Below are positions 1 to 11,930 of a stretch of 64,000 nt of DNA, piece by piece (the stretch's first letter is position 1; every line of letters starts with the position of its first letter). The notes below the pieces were generated by a model. That model made no database searches, was not told the origin of the DNA, and worked only from the letters and a program-made list of their open reading frames with translations. Position numbers and translations under genes: made by a program. Source of the DNA: Eledone cirrhosa (lineage: Eukaryota); the NCBI GenBank assembly GCA_964016885.1, contig OZ024740.1, positions 67,270,001 to 67,334,000 on the forward strand, in the 5' to 3' direction.

Positions 1-67
1 TACTCAAACATAGATGAGTTACCTCCCTTTGCGTGACGTACAAAAAACACAAGAGCGTTATATATTA

Positions 68-227
68 GTATATATATATATATATATATAGATAGGTAAA
101 TATACACGGGTGTGTATGATTGTTTATAGAAGATTATATTAATAAGAGGAATTCCAACTTTGTCTGATTTACTCGTTTTATTTACATATATATATATATA
201 TACACACACACGCACACACACACACAT

Positions 228-324
<97 letters not shown>

Positions 325-362
325 CATATATATATACATATATGTATGCACATTTATATATA
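68..362. repeat. (TA)n/(CA)n compound microsatellite, representative of dozens of tracts across the window
   Basis: Pure TA and CA runs. Similar tracts at e.g. 1926-2005, 2610-2700, 21580-21695, 32783-33000, 39585-39717, 57364-57510, 63236-63400. Confidence 0.99.
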
Positions 363-1049
363 GTTTCGTTGACAAATATATCAATATGCCCAGACACGCA
401 GATATATTGCCCTTGGTATGACAGTGTGGCTTTAGCTCAAAGTAGGATATTGAACTCCCGCCAACCCAGGAGGGTCCACACCCGACTGTGAATGGATTGC
501 AACCTCCAGAGTCAATAATCTAAACGAAAACCACGTGGCGGACATATAAATAACATAGCTGTCATTGACAGGTTTGGCTGTGTGTTCTCTCTTCTATATA
601 CATTCTATCTACAGAAATTTGCACTCACTCTAATAAACCCGACTATTATTATAACAATACTTGCTCACTCTGCCATATGTGATTCTGGAAGCGGAGTTTC
701 CTATATACACTGTCTATCTATGTAACGGGATAGCCATCACAATTTGTGTTTACTGTGGTATAGTTGTATACGGTACGACACATTGGTTGGATGCCTACTT
801 GGACATACACTGAATTTCACCTGGTACGTTGGGTTGACCGACCGAACGTGAGGACTTTGGGGAATGCCAGTTATTGCCGACCTGGCGTGTTTTCAATTTC
901 CTCACATCTATGCCGGCTGTACATGTAGCATACATTTCTTTAACTCGTCGTACTTTCTTTTATTTTTTATTTTAGATTTTAGGTGTATATCCCAGACCGC
1001 CTATGGTGATAAATCCCCTGGGTATAGGTTTTTGAAAAATAATTGTTTC

Positions 1050-1175
1050 TACTATTGGCACAAGGCCAGCAATCACCCAGTACATTACTGGTACTTTATT
1101 TTATCGACCCCTTAAGGATGAAAGGCAAAGTTAACCTCGGCAGGATTTGAACTCAGAATGACAAGGGCCGTAATA
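1050..1175 (-). mobile_element. tRNA-derived SINE (octopus-type), 5'-truncated
   Basis: Reverse complement reads ttctgaGTTCAAATCctgccgaggttaactttgcctttcatcc...ggggtcgataaaataaagtaccag (B box plus body). Matches copies at 39.8 and 54.2 kb. Confidence 0.85.
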
Positions 1176-1349
1176 ATGTTATCTCACTTAACGTTCGGAA
1201 CTGGAACATATCGATGTGGTTCGTAGGGTGCTGATATGATAAGGAGAATGGACCTGTTACAAGGTGATATAATTGTAGTAAACCATCCCTCATATGGGCT
1301 ATCATACATGTGAGGCTGCACCACTGCTAACCAACTATACTTCTCACAG

Positions 1350-1921
1350 ACTCATGCTTGCAAACTCTCTTAATCTGCCTGTACATCTTGTTTTTGCACT
1401 GCTTGGGCTTTGATGTATCTATGCTTTGCTTTTTTTATATTTTGGGGGGTTTTCGGGCTTTTTGTTCCTTTATTGTTTGTATTTTTATATTTATCTCTTT
1501 TGTAATCCCTGTATTTTTGTACTTTTTTATTACTTTTTATTGTTTCTGATCATGCTGAGTAATACCTTCACCTATCCCTTGCTACCCTCTCCCAACCTCT
1601 TTATCATCTATTGCACCATTTAAGTGATAAAGCTTTGTGTAATTTTAAATTTTTATTTTTTACTTTTTGGTGTAATTTTTTAAAAACATTTTATGACATT
1701 ATGTGCTTCATGTATTCTGTCTATTACAATATAGCGCTGGCCTCGGAATTCCCCTGCTGGTCCTTTAACCTTGTTCTGGTGACGCAGCTCGATGGAGCAT
1801 GCAACTATTGATATACTCTTGTTTATAGGCTCTGATGATTCCTGCTGTGGGGTATGGACGAAACACTGTTAGCTAATAAAACATTGTATTTCTAAGCACC
1901 GTTTGGTTATTCTTATTCTTA

Positions 1922-1925
<4 letters not shown>
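1350..1925 (+). mobile_element. PLE 3' UTR / pseudo-LTR remnant ending at (TA)n
   Basis: T-rich UTR, then an HHR motif and AATAAA (1875-1880), ending at a long TA tract. 5' boundary approximate. Confidence 0.55.
1824..1878 (+). ncRNA. Type I hammerhead ribozyme motif
   Basis: tataggct CTGATGA ttcc..gga c GAAA c act g TT agctaata. Stem I tataggct/agctaata, stem II tcc/gga, short stem III. Confidence 0.65.
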
Positions 1926-2009
<84 letters not shown>

Positions 2010-2604
2010 TAGGAATATATATGTGTCAGTGTTGAACAAATATGTGACGTGGTTGCCTAAACACTGTACGGCATAATTCGGGCTGTTTGTTTGTTTACAA
2101 ACAAACCGAGCATTATAATAAATGTTCGGTAAACAGATACGTGCATATATATATATGTGTGCATGTATGTATATATATATACATACTACTGTACATATGT
2201 ATACGTATATGTATGTACGTATACATACATGCATACTTACATTTAAGTAACTGCCGTACTAAGAGTGAGAAATTAAACTTCGTTTCATTCTATTCCATTT
2301 ATATATATATACATATATATATATATGTACATAATATAAGATCAAAAGATGGTTAAAGGAGTTCAATATATTTTATTATGCGCATTTCAAAAACAAACAT
2401 CATCAAACAATAATATTTGTGTTTTCATCAGATAAAACAGGAGAACATGATATGAAGGCTAAAAAAACACTTGTTGATAGTGCAGTTTTAAATCAACATA
2501 TATTATGCGTACTCCAGTCCCACAAACTGTAGAGTGCTTCTCATCCGATATCTGCATTGCTTTATTGTACTACAATAAAACTCACCTCCTACATTTATAT
2601 GTAC

Positions 2605-2703
<99 letters not shown>

Positions 2704-3402
2704 TGTACATATATATATATTATCTATATATGTATTTCACAATATGTCAAGAAATGCAATTGCTTGAAGAAGTCTACAAGAATGCTTAGTAAGTTATTTT
2801 TATTACCTAAAGCATATATTAAATCAAACCTATTTCATATTTTATTACCGAAACCCGACGTTAACGTAATAATACAAAGTGAATCCATGAGATTCAGCAG
2901 CTGGAATTACTTGAAAGTCCATTCTAATTTCACCAGAAATATACTCTCAATGCTGAACACACAAGATTTCAAAATACATTGAAACTTCATAGAAGTTCAC
3001 GCCTTTCATATTTAACCGCACTAGTATATTGCTTTGACTTCAGTAAACGTAATCACAGCCGTATTTAGAGCTATGTTGCTATATGTATTGAGCAGTCTGC
3101 AGTGAAATCCTATGGCTAAATATGGAAAACGTGAAATTCTATGAATAACCTCGAATACCCACTCGTAATTCGTCGCAACAATACATCCCTTTGGGCTGGA
3201 TCAGTTATATTTTAGACGACTTGTTGCTCGTAGTTTATGACAAACTAATTTCAATTTTATGTATCAATATTTAGGCTTACCTTGCAGCCTTTTGCTTCTA
3301 AGTTGTTTATTTATTGAGTTTTCTTGTGGTAATAGATATTAATTCAGTTGCGAATTTGTGATATACACTGCAATTGTGATTACAGCCCACACACAACACA
3401 CA

Positions 3403-3438
<36 letters not shown>

Positions 3439-3477
3439 CACGCGCGCGTGTGTGTGTGTACACACACATATATAAAC

Positions 3478-3570
<93 letters not shown>

Positions 3571-4299
3571 CATATACATACATATATACATAGAGGCAGC
3601 ATGTTAAGAAGACAACATGAAAGGCAGAAATAGAAGGAGCAGCGAGAGGCTGAAAGCAATTTAGGGGAGAGAATGTAAGAATGAAAAAGCTGTGAAGAAA
3701 AACAATTTGTGTATATAAAATATACGAAAATATATAAATTTTGTGAGAACATTAGTTAACACTGATGCGAAAATAAACTGGAACATCTTTTACTTAAGTT
3801 TACAGTACTCACAAACGTACTCATACATACATATAATGCAGACATGCACATACACACACAGAGAAACTTTCGGATACGTTGATACATAAGCACTTGTAAA
3901 TGTACTCTGATATCTCGTACACATACTTCATAATATTCAAACACATGCACAAACTTAAACACATGCACTCATATATATCGCATTTCTTCAAATCTTAGAC
4001 CCCATTGAATTGCCTCAGTATTTGTCCTAGTTCTGTTTTCTTTTTATTTTTTCGTTCTTTTACTAGCTCCTTTCTTTTCAGTTTACATTCCTTATTTCAT
4101 TAATGCAAGGGACACAAATCCTTGAGATATGTAATTACAACCCTTTACGTTCTCAGTTCAAATCCCAATTTTACATTATATACTCCGTATGGTTAATAAA
4201 ATGAAATACTAGATAAGTATGACTAAAAACGTTTTCTCGAGCCTAGAAGCTTCTCATGCCGAATGTTTTCTTGGTTTCATGCTGCTTTGAGAATAAGCC

Positions 4300-4470
4300 T
4301 ATCTTATGGAGGAGATGCCAGTCAGACGCCAATGTAAACTATAACTGATGTAGCTGGTATTTTTCATTTAGCTAGCTGGACTACAACAACGTGATATGAT
4401 ATATATTACTGAAGGCTGCAATGCGCCACTGGGTTTGTGAATTGAACACACAATCCTTAGGTCACACACT
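4300..4470 (-). mobile_element. Degenerate tRNA-derived SINE
   Basis: gctggactacaacaacgtgatatga...ctgaaggctgcaatgcg...gaattgaacacacaatc resembles the reverse complement of a molluscan SINE head and core. Confidence 0.45.
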
Positions 4471-4767
4471 TCCAAGTACATAATGATGCTGATTAAAAAT
4501 AATTACTGACATCCACTAAATTGTAGGCGCTATGCTCATATTCAGAAATGAATATTTTATGTTAAACTACTGACAACTGGAATTTAAGTGGTTGTCTTTG
4601 GGTTTGTGGAGAAAGTGATACAATTTCAATTCTTAGTTGAAGTCAATTGATTTCTTTTGATAATATTTAGAGTACATATGACAAACTCGAATTATTTAGA
4701 TATTTTAATAAATATATACGATATTTACTTAAACCAGATGGCAATTTTACCAACTTGATCAAGACAT

Positions 4768-5163
4768 CTAAAGAGATGTACGTGTTCTTTTAACATCTGC
4801 TAAATAAGCCATTAATCTACAGGCATCGATCAAAACTACCTCCTTACACTCACACAAAAAACAAAAGCTACATACACATTCACAGAGAACGCAACAAAAC
4901 ACTCCACGGAGATATTCAAAATGACAAGAAGCTTTTCCGACTTTCCCAAACCCTGTGAAAGCATGGTTTTTCAAAATTTGAAGAGTAACGCCACCGGTGG
5001 CTGGCGGTATTTTTTCCAAACTTAAGAATAATTCGACATGCAATTGAGCCATTTCTTCTTCAAATGCCTTGCGTTGTTCGAAGTGTTCAACGGTTGATGG
5101 ATAATATGAAAGAGTGAGAACTAAATGAAAGAATGAGAGTTCACCAAGCCTGAAGCATTTCAT
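4768..5163 (-). pseudogene. Possible decayed DNA transposase (hAT-like C-terminus)
   Basis: Non-repetitive 131-aa frame. ECVCSF...KEVVLIDACRL only weakly resembles the hAT dimerisation motif (ECERSFS). Confidence 0.2.
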
Positions 5164-5824
5164 TTGTGAAAAGGCTGGATAAGATCTGTGATATTTCCAA
5201 TTTTAATGAGGAGGCCTTGACTGTTTTACACCAGGACAGTGTTGACAACTTTCTTTCAACTACTTGTGAATACTGTAATGCAATGCATATTGCTGGAAGT
5301 ATTAACTCAAATCAATTTGCTGCTATGATGTAAAAGTTAATCTTCTTCCTCTATATTATCTACATCGCCAAATAATATAGTATAGGAAGGTAAAGAAGAT
5401 GGTATATAGAAAATATCTACCACAATAAGGTGAATATTTCTTTATGGTCTTTTGTCATATTTGAAATAACATAAAAAATCACACAAAAAAACAAAGGGCG
5501 AATAAAATATTATAAATAAAATTAAAAGACAGGATTGCATGATTAGAACGTCTTTTATCATATGTTTGCCCTCCGTCAACAACAACAAAGTATTAAATGC
5601 CAACGAGGCACCCTGCATGCAGTGTTTCACTCCTCTAGAAATGATAGCTAACTCTTCCACATACGATACTCTACCATTTTAATGAATGGTGGTAGGAAGT
5701 AAAAAAGGAAGGGGAGGTAAAAAGAGAAATATATTCCATATGTTTCTATTACACTGTCTGGAAACCAAAAATAAAAACTAAATAGTGACGGCTAAAATAT
5801 ATTTGGTTATAGACCCGCTTCATG

Positions 5825-5985
5825 GGGATTATCCTGGGCATGACACTAAACTGTATCCGATGATAAGGATCGGATTTGAGAGTTCTGGGGAGTATGGTGT
5901 TCCCCCTTAGTCCCCTTACTCCAAGGCCCACTCTGGCCAGCGGCGGTAGTACCTGTCTAGGTCACATCTATGAGCTAAATAGTTT
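5825..5985 (+). mobile_element. SINE-like interspersed repeat body
   Basis: tcctgggcatgacactaaactgtatccgatg...ttactccaaggcccactctggcc...ggtagtacctgtctaggtcacatctatg, recalled as a common cephalopod repeat. Confidence 0.5.
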
Positions 5986-6014
5986 TAGTGGCAAGGCTCG
6001 ACGTGTCAAGACCC

Positions 6015-6787
6015 TGACGAAGCTGAACTGAAAACAATCCATCGGTGGACATACCTAGGGTGCACCATCATATCACATGCCAAGATGGACAGGGAGTGGC
6101 AAAGGCGAACTGTGCATTTGGCAGACAGTACAAACGCGTGTGGAATAACAAACACCTGAAGAAGGGCACCAAGATCAGAGTGTAACGTGCCATAGTCATT
6201 ACCACCCGCCTATTTGGTTCAGATTTGTGGGTCACTTATCACCACCACATTTGACTCTTTGAGCGCTTCCCCCATCGCTGCCTTCGCACCATCCTCAACA
6301 TCTACTGGGATGACTTTGTCAACAATATTGAAGTCCTTAAAAGGGTAAGGTCACCAATATCGAGGGCATTCTGCTGCAGTTCCAAATACGCTGAGCAGGA
6401 CACGACTCCAGAATGAAGTATCATAGCCAACCCAGGATCACATTGTACGGTGAACTTTCCTCTGGCCATCGTCACAGGGCCACCAAGGAGGAGATACAAG
6501 GAATGTTTGAACAAATCACTAGGTACATGTCACATCGATCATTACTAGGTGTCCACCCTAGCTGAGAATCCTGACACCCGGCATCTCACCACCAACTATG
6601 CAGTCTCTGTTTTGAAAAACACCCGTTTGATTACCACCGAGGATAGAAGGCACAGGAGAAAGATCCACAACACCAGCCGTGTATGGCTGTCTTGCATTCG
6701 CCTGAATAGCCATGAGTGTGATTGTAATCAACGTGGACAACCCCCTTAATAATCCTCGTTCGCTAAGCCAAGCCATGATGATGATCA
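6015..6787 (+). mobile_element. RTE-clade LINE 3' fragment (RT C-terminus, disrupted), AviRTE-like end
   Basis: Translates across stops and frameshifts to WTYLGCTI...AFGRQYKRVWNNKHLKKGTKIRV*RAIVITT...LFERFPHRCLRTILNIYWDDFVNNIEVL...AGHDSRM. Ends gccaagccatgatgatgat. Confidence 0.88.
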
Positions 6788-7084
6788 GGATTGACTTTAT
6801 GTTAAGTTGTAACAACCACTAATACTGAAATAATTACTTTTTGGGGGAACCTAAAAAATATTGTCTTCTTAGAGATTTCAGTCGATAGACAAACCAGATT
6901 TTTATAAAAATAAATGGGTCAGATTTTATTTTGCATATTTTAGCTTATGGAATGCGGCTTCATAAATATAGAAATGAATAAATAAATAATAAATAATAAA
7001 AGTATGTCAAAATATAGAAATGGCATTTCTTTCATATTTTTCCAGTACATTTTTCACACCAGACATCGTTTCTGTCAATTTGTG

Positions 7085-7138
<54 letters not shown>

Positions 7139-7489
7139 AGTAAATGTATTTATATGCATGAACATATGCATTATTCTATGGAAATGTGAGTATATGATAA
7201 TATCTACGCGCCTGCATGTAAATAACTATAAAGTTTCACATAGACGCAGTGAAAATTATATTGTCACAGTTAATAAATTAATTTTTATTTGTGCACGACG
7301 AAAGAAAAAACCCTGAAATTGGATAGGGGGTAAAACGATTGAGGCATCAATAGTGTGTGTAAGATTTATCATTTATCTGTGGAGGTCATAAAAAGAAGAG
7401 TAAAAACTACAACAGTAGATTTTTTACATAAAGTTGGAAAAAATGTGTTTCTTTTACTAAAGAATTTTTGGCGGTGAATTGCGTGAGTC

Positions 7490-7620
7490 ATTGTGGAATT
7501 GGATTAAATACTCCGATATTTATTCCGGCACACTACGGTATCAGTTCAAATCCCATCGAGGTCACCTTTGCGTTTCATACCTTCAGGCTAGATAAAGTAA
7601 AGTACATGTACATGGGCGAT
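7490..7620 (+). mobile_element. Degenerate octopus-type SINE
   Basis: caGTTCAAATCccatcgaggtcacctttgcgtttcatacc...gataaagtaaagtac. A more decayed copy lies near 4150-4220. Confidence 0.65.
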
Positions 7621-8737
7621 GAATAGGCATGGTTGTTACAGAATGAGACAGGATCTTTTTTTATATTTGCCCTGTCTGTGATCCTTCTGAGACCAAATCC
7701 CCAGTACATAGTATCAGTATTGGAAATGCCGTGCTTCTCTTCTTTCCTTTTTTTTTAAATTTTGCTCGACTGTGTAACAGAATTTCAGGAGTGGAATATT
7801 ATATGCGCCTCCATGTTGCAAATAGTCAAAATTATATCTTTTCGTTCAATATTGTAAATATTTCTTTCATTATTTTTGATTTTTAAAACTTAGAACTTTT
7901 TTAAAAATGTATTTTGATGAAATAAATTAGCTTCATTTACTTACAGCTAATATACTAAATACTGTCTAAATACGTAATAAATGCATATATTCTAAATTAA
8001 TTCATTCCGTTCAGTGATGTCAATGTACTTAAAATTGGTAATATACTGGAAATAGCCAATACAGACTAAATAGGCAATATAACTATTACATTCACATTTT
8101 TCATTATTATTACAAATGTAGTCATTATTTGAAGTTGTGATAAATTTATATGCAAACTAACACATTTATATACGTAAAGAAACATTTATATTTGTAAACA
8201 CATATACATGTCTTATATGTGAATGTGTCTGATATTAGTATTTATAATCATAACTAATTCAGTTGTGTATTCAATTCTACATTAAGCAGCTGGAGTATAT
8301 TATAAATTATTCTCTGCTAAAAAAAAATACTAAATCCCCAAACAATACAGTATTTAACAGTAGCTGCGGGAAATGTCTATTTCCTTCCTCTCAGGAAATC
8401 CACATTGAACAATATAGATAATTACACACAAATCAAATCCTAATATCAGCTATTTATCAATGCAGATAGTATCCCTAATATCTTTAATATAGATAACGTT
8501 ATTGAAATAACTAATATAGGAACAAATCATACCTCGTATTCTTTAAGTATTGAATTTTTAAATGTGACTTTCATCCTTACGAGATTATCAGTAGCCCTCA
8601 CATACTCAGGTTAATTTATTCAAAATCTATATCCTGTCCAAAAAATGTGTGGCATTTTACCTACGTAAGAAATATACATACATTCATATATATAAATGCA
8701 TACACACATTCACACACACCCACCCACACACACCCAC

Positions 8738-8807
<70 letters not shown>

Positions 8808-8999
8808 TATATATATATATAGATATATATATGAGTTTCAGAAGATCCCGTTAAAGGTGAAAGCAGCAGTTATTTGCTTAAACGTTAAACTGTTATTTTA
8901 ATATATATATTAAAAATACATATTTTAAATATATATATATGAAAAAAATGTTTCCATAGCTGGTACTGGTCATAGGTTTTGCAGTAAACTTTATACGGG

Positions 9000-9115
9000 C
9001 ACCGGTAATTATATCCCTTAGCAAACTATACTCCTTTTCACCCTATTTATACCCATAACATTTAAAATGACTATGTATGGCGATATGAAATTATTATCAT
9101 GCACACGCACACACA

Positions 9116-9153
<38 letters not shown>

Positions 9154-9534
9154 CATATACATACAGACACACATACATACACACATGCATACGTACTCAC
9201 ATATAAAAGGATACATATGCACACACAAATAAGGATAAATAATCATAGTAGGCCGTCACGTACAAATAAGCAAATAAAAAAATAAGGATTAAGAAAATAA
9301 AAAATAAAAAAATGTTATTAAGTGGAGAGCGATACAAGACGGCAAAATTAAAAATTAAAATAAAAATAATAAAAATAATAATAATAAATGACCAAACGCA
9401 CGTGGTAAGCAAATGCACAAAAAAAACCTAAATATATATATATATATAAAAAATATATATATACACACTCATATTTATATATATATATATGTAAATACAT
9501 ATACATATATATACACACATATACACTCATACAA

Positions 9535-9575
<41 letters not shown>

Positions 9576-9684
9576 AATATATACACGCACACATATACAT
9601 ATATATACATATACACACATACATACATACACATATACATATATATATATAAAAGAAATACATAAAAATGTATTTTCAATTTTA

Positions 9685-9700
<16 letters not shown>
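9000..9700 (-). mobile_element. PLE-associated low-complexity 3' UTR copy
   Basis: 9165-9320 is the reverse complement of about 13810-13985 (tacgtactcacatataaaaggatacatatgcac...gtaggccgtcac). Confidence 0.6.
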
Positions 9701-9724
<24 letters not shown>

Positions 9725-9743
9725 CATATATACACATATAAAC

Positions 9744-9789
<46 letters not shown>

Positions 9790-9791
<2 letters not shown>

Positions 9792-10378
9792 TGGCTGCCA
9801 ACTCGTTTTCGAGTACGGCCACTACTTTATATCGATGCGCTGAAGGAGTGTGACTTTTTAGTCCAGCCAGCGACTTGAAAACTCTGGTACAAACACTTCA
9901 CTTGTGACAATTATTGACACAGTGCTGGGCCCATGGTACCATGCGACAACAAGGGCAGAGAGATCGCCAGATATAAAGCAATGCCTGTGCCGTGAAGCTT
10001 TTATAGTGAGCAAAGGCACTGCACAAAGCCAGTCCCACTCTCTTAACCAAGATGATATTTAACAAAAAGAAGAACAAGTCAACATCATTGGATACCATCG
10101 GGGTTGCAGGTGTTATATCAGAGTTTTCCGTCTCCTAGAATTTTGCCTTGACAAAGGCTAAGGAGTCATCTCTCCCTGTGATTTTGCATGGCCATTGACT
10201 CTTAAGAGCTCCTTAGCCCTTTGACAGGTTTTGTTTTTAGTCCTGCAGGATTTCCAAAGTCACCCTCCTCACCAAAGAAGCCTTGGTGGGGTTGCCAGTT
10301 TAGTCGCCAACGACCCGACCATGGGACAGGTTGTACTGGAATACATGTTACCAGTAGCACCAAATGGTGACCTGACAT
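9790..10378 (+). mobile_element. Unclassified ~590-bp interspersed repeat (family C), copy 1
   Basis: Reverse-complement match to 22873-23482 and 23498-23883. Starts ggtggctgcc after (TA)n and ends cctgac(atac)n. Confidence 0.85.
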
Positions 10379-10616
10379 ACATACATGCATATATATGTGT
10401 ATATATACACATATATATACATACATACACAAAATAAAAATGAACGGACGGAAGAGGTATTCAAATAGCAGGGCATATGACTAATAAAAAATAAAGGTAT
10501 AAATGTTTATAGCTGATTAAGAGCACTCAACAGTTCCTCGAGCAAATAATCAATATAAGTAAGCATTAACAATCTCTGTATGTAATTATGTATATACATA
10601 CAAAACCACACACACA

Positions 10617-10713
<97 letters not shown>

Positions 10714-10868
10714 CCAACTACACACAAATATATATTTGATTTGTCGGACTTAAACCTACAGGATTCATTGACTTGTCTCTATTTTCCTCTCTTTACGTTG
10801 CATACTACCATGTGTTTATTTCCTTCCCTCTGTTTTCCCACTGTGCCGATAACTTAATTGTGTTATCG

Positions 10869-10945
10869 CTCGCACTGACTTTAGGTATCTAGTCTTTAAT
10901 GCGTCGAAATATCAACGATAACCAGCAGACTACTGATGAGGACAT
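10869..10945 (+). ncRNA. Candidate permuted (pseudoknotted) hammerhead, copy A1
   Basis: ggtat-C-tagtct (10884-10895) ... c-GAA-atatc (10905-10913) ... agacta-CTGATGA-g (10927-10940). Confidence 0.7.
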
Positions 10946-11373
10946 TTTATCTCTTGGTCTATTTTTATTCATATGTTCATGTTCGCAACAACGCAGCACG
11001 CCATTCTTCATTCACATATTTTTTCCCTTCGCTGTGGTTCGTATTTTTCTGTCACTTTACTGCTATCACCTTTTCTCTCTCCTTCACCTCTTGCCTTCCT
11101 CAACTCCCGCTGCTGGTCACTCAATCTCGGCTGGCCCCATCCTCACACTTTCACTCACTTCCTCCCGTCTGACCTGCTTGAATTTCTTTCCTCTCTCAAT
11201 CTTCTCGCGGCTCGGACGTGTCTATATTCTCCTCGTCAATTTGATTTGTCGGACTTAAGCCCACACGATTCATTGACTGGTCTCTATTTTCCTCTCTTTA
11301 CGTTGCATGCTACAATGTGTTTGTTTCCTTCCCACTGTTTTCCCACTGTCCCGATAACTTAATTGAGTTATCG

Positions 11374-11450
11374 CTCGCACTGATTTTAGGTATCTAGTCT
11401 TTAATGCGTCGAAATACCAACGATAATCAGCAGACTACTGATGAGGACAT
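11374..11450 (+). ncRNA. Candidate permuted (pseudoknotted) hammerhead, copy A2, all helices intact
   Basis: cgca ctgatt tta ggtat C tagtct ttaa tgcgt c GAA atacc aacgat aatcag c agacta CTGATGA g. Stem III ggtat/atacc, stem I tagtct/agacta, G10.1-C11.1. Confidence 0.78.
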
Positions 11451-11472
11451 TTTATCTCTCGGTCTATTTTTA

Positions 11473-11514
<42 letters not shown>

Positions 11515-11516
<2 letters not shown>

Positions 11517-11894
11517 TAAACGGAATAGAAAATGGTGACAAATTGTTCACAGTTGAAAAATAGTTTAATTAGGATAAAAGAGTATTAGTGATTGTATGGG
11601 TTAGTATTCAGTTGTGGTTTTAAGTTTTTAAGTTTTTACCGGTTGCGCATTTCTAAATGCTTTTCAAAAATAATTTTCAGATAGAGTGTCCGTGCTGTTT
11701 GCTCTGATATATATATATATATATATATATGTGTATATATATACACACACACTAATATACACACACACATAAGTACAAAGGGTTACAACACCACATAAAT
11801 AAAAATACACACACACATATAAACACACACACACACATATATATACACATACATACACATACACATATATATATATAAATGTGTATATACATAT

Positions 11895-11930
<36 letters not shown>

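Larger units (their letters stand above)
10735..11480 (+). mobile_element. Non-coding 505-bp partial tandem repeat (~1.5 units), subfamily A, carrying a reversed-order HHR core
   Basis: 10735-10975 repeats at 11240-11480 (period 505). CT-rich body, no credible ORF, flanked by microsatellites, homologous to the 30.2 and 51.9 kb repeats. Confidence 0.9.

Noticed and set aside
380-1050. Possible LTR or exon in moderately GC-rich unique sequence
   Set aside because: No second copy, terminal motifs or credible ORF in the window.
6010-6045. CTGACGA...GAAA as a hammerhead
   Set aside because: No stem I or III pairing, and it lies at the start of RTE coding sequence (DEAELK).
9790-9880. HDV-like ribozyme at the family C 5' end
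   Set aside because: P1- and P2-like pairings exist, but there is no P3/L3 or P1.1 GG. Kept only as a low-interest structure.
10896-10945. Reading the A/B motif as an ordinary type II hammerhead
   Set aside because: Between GAAA and CTGATGA there is no stem III'-UH-stem I' segment. Those partners lie upstream of GAAA and covary there.
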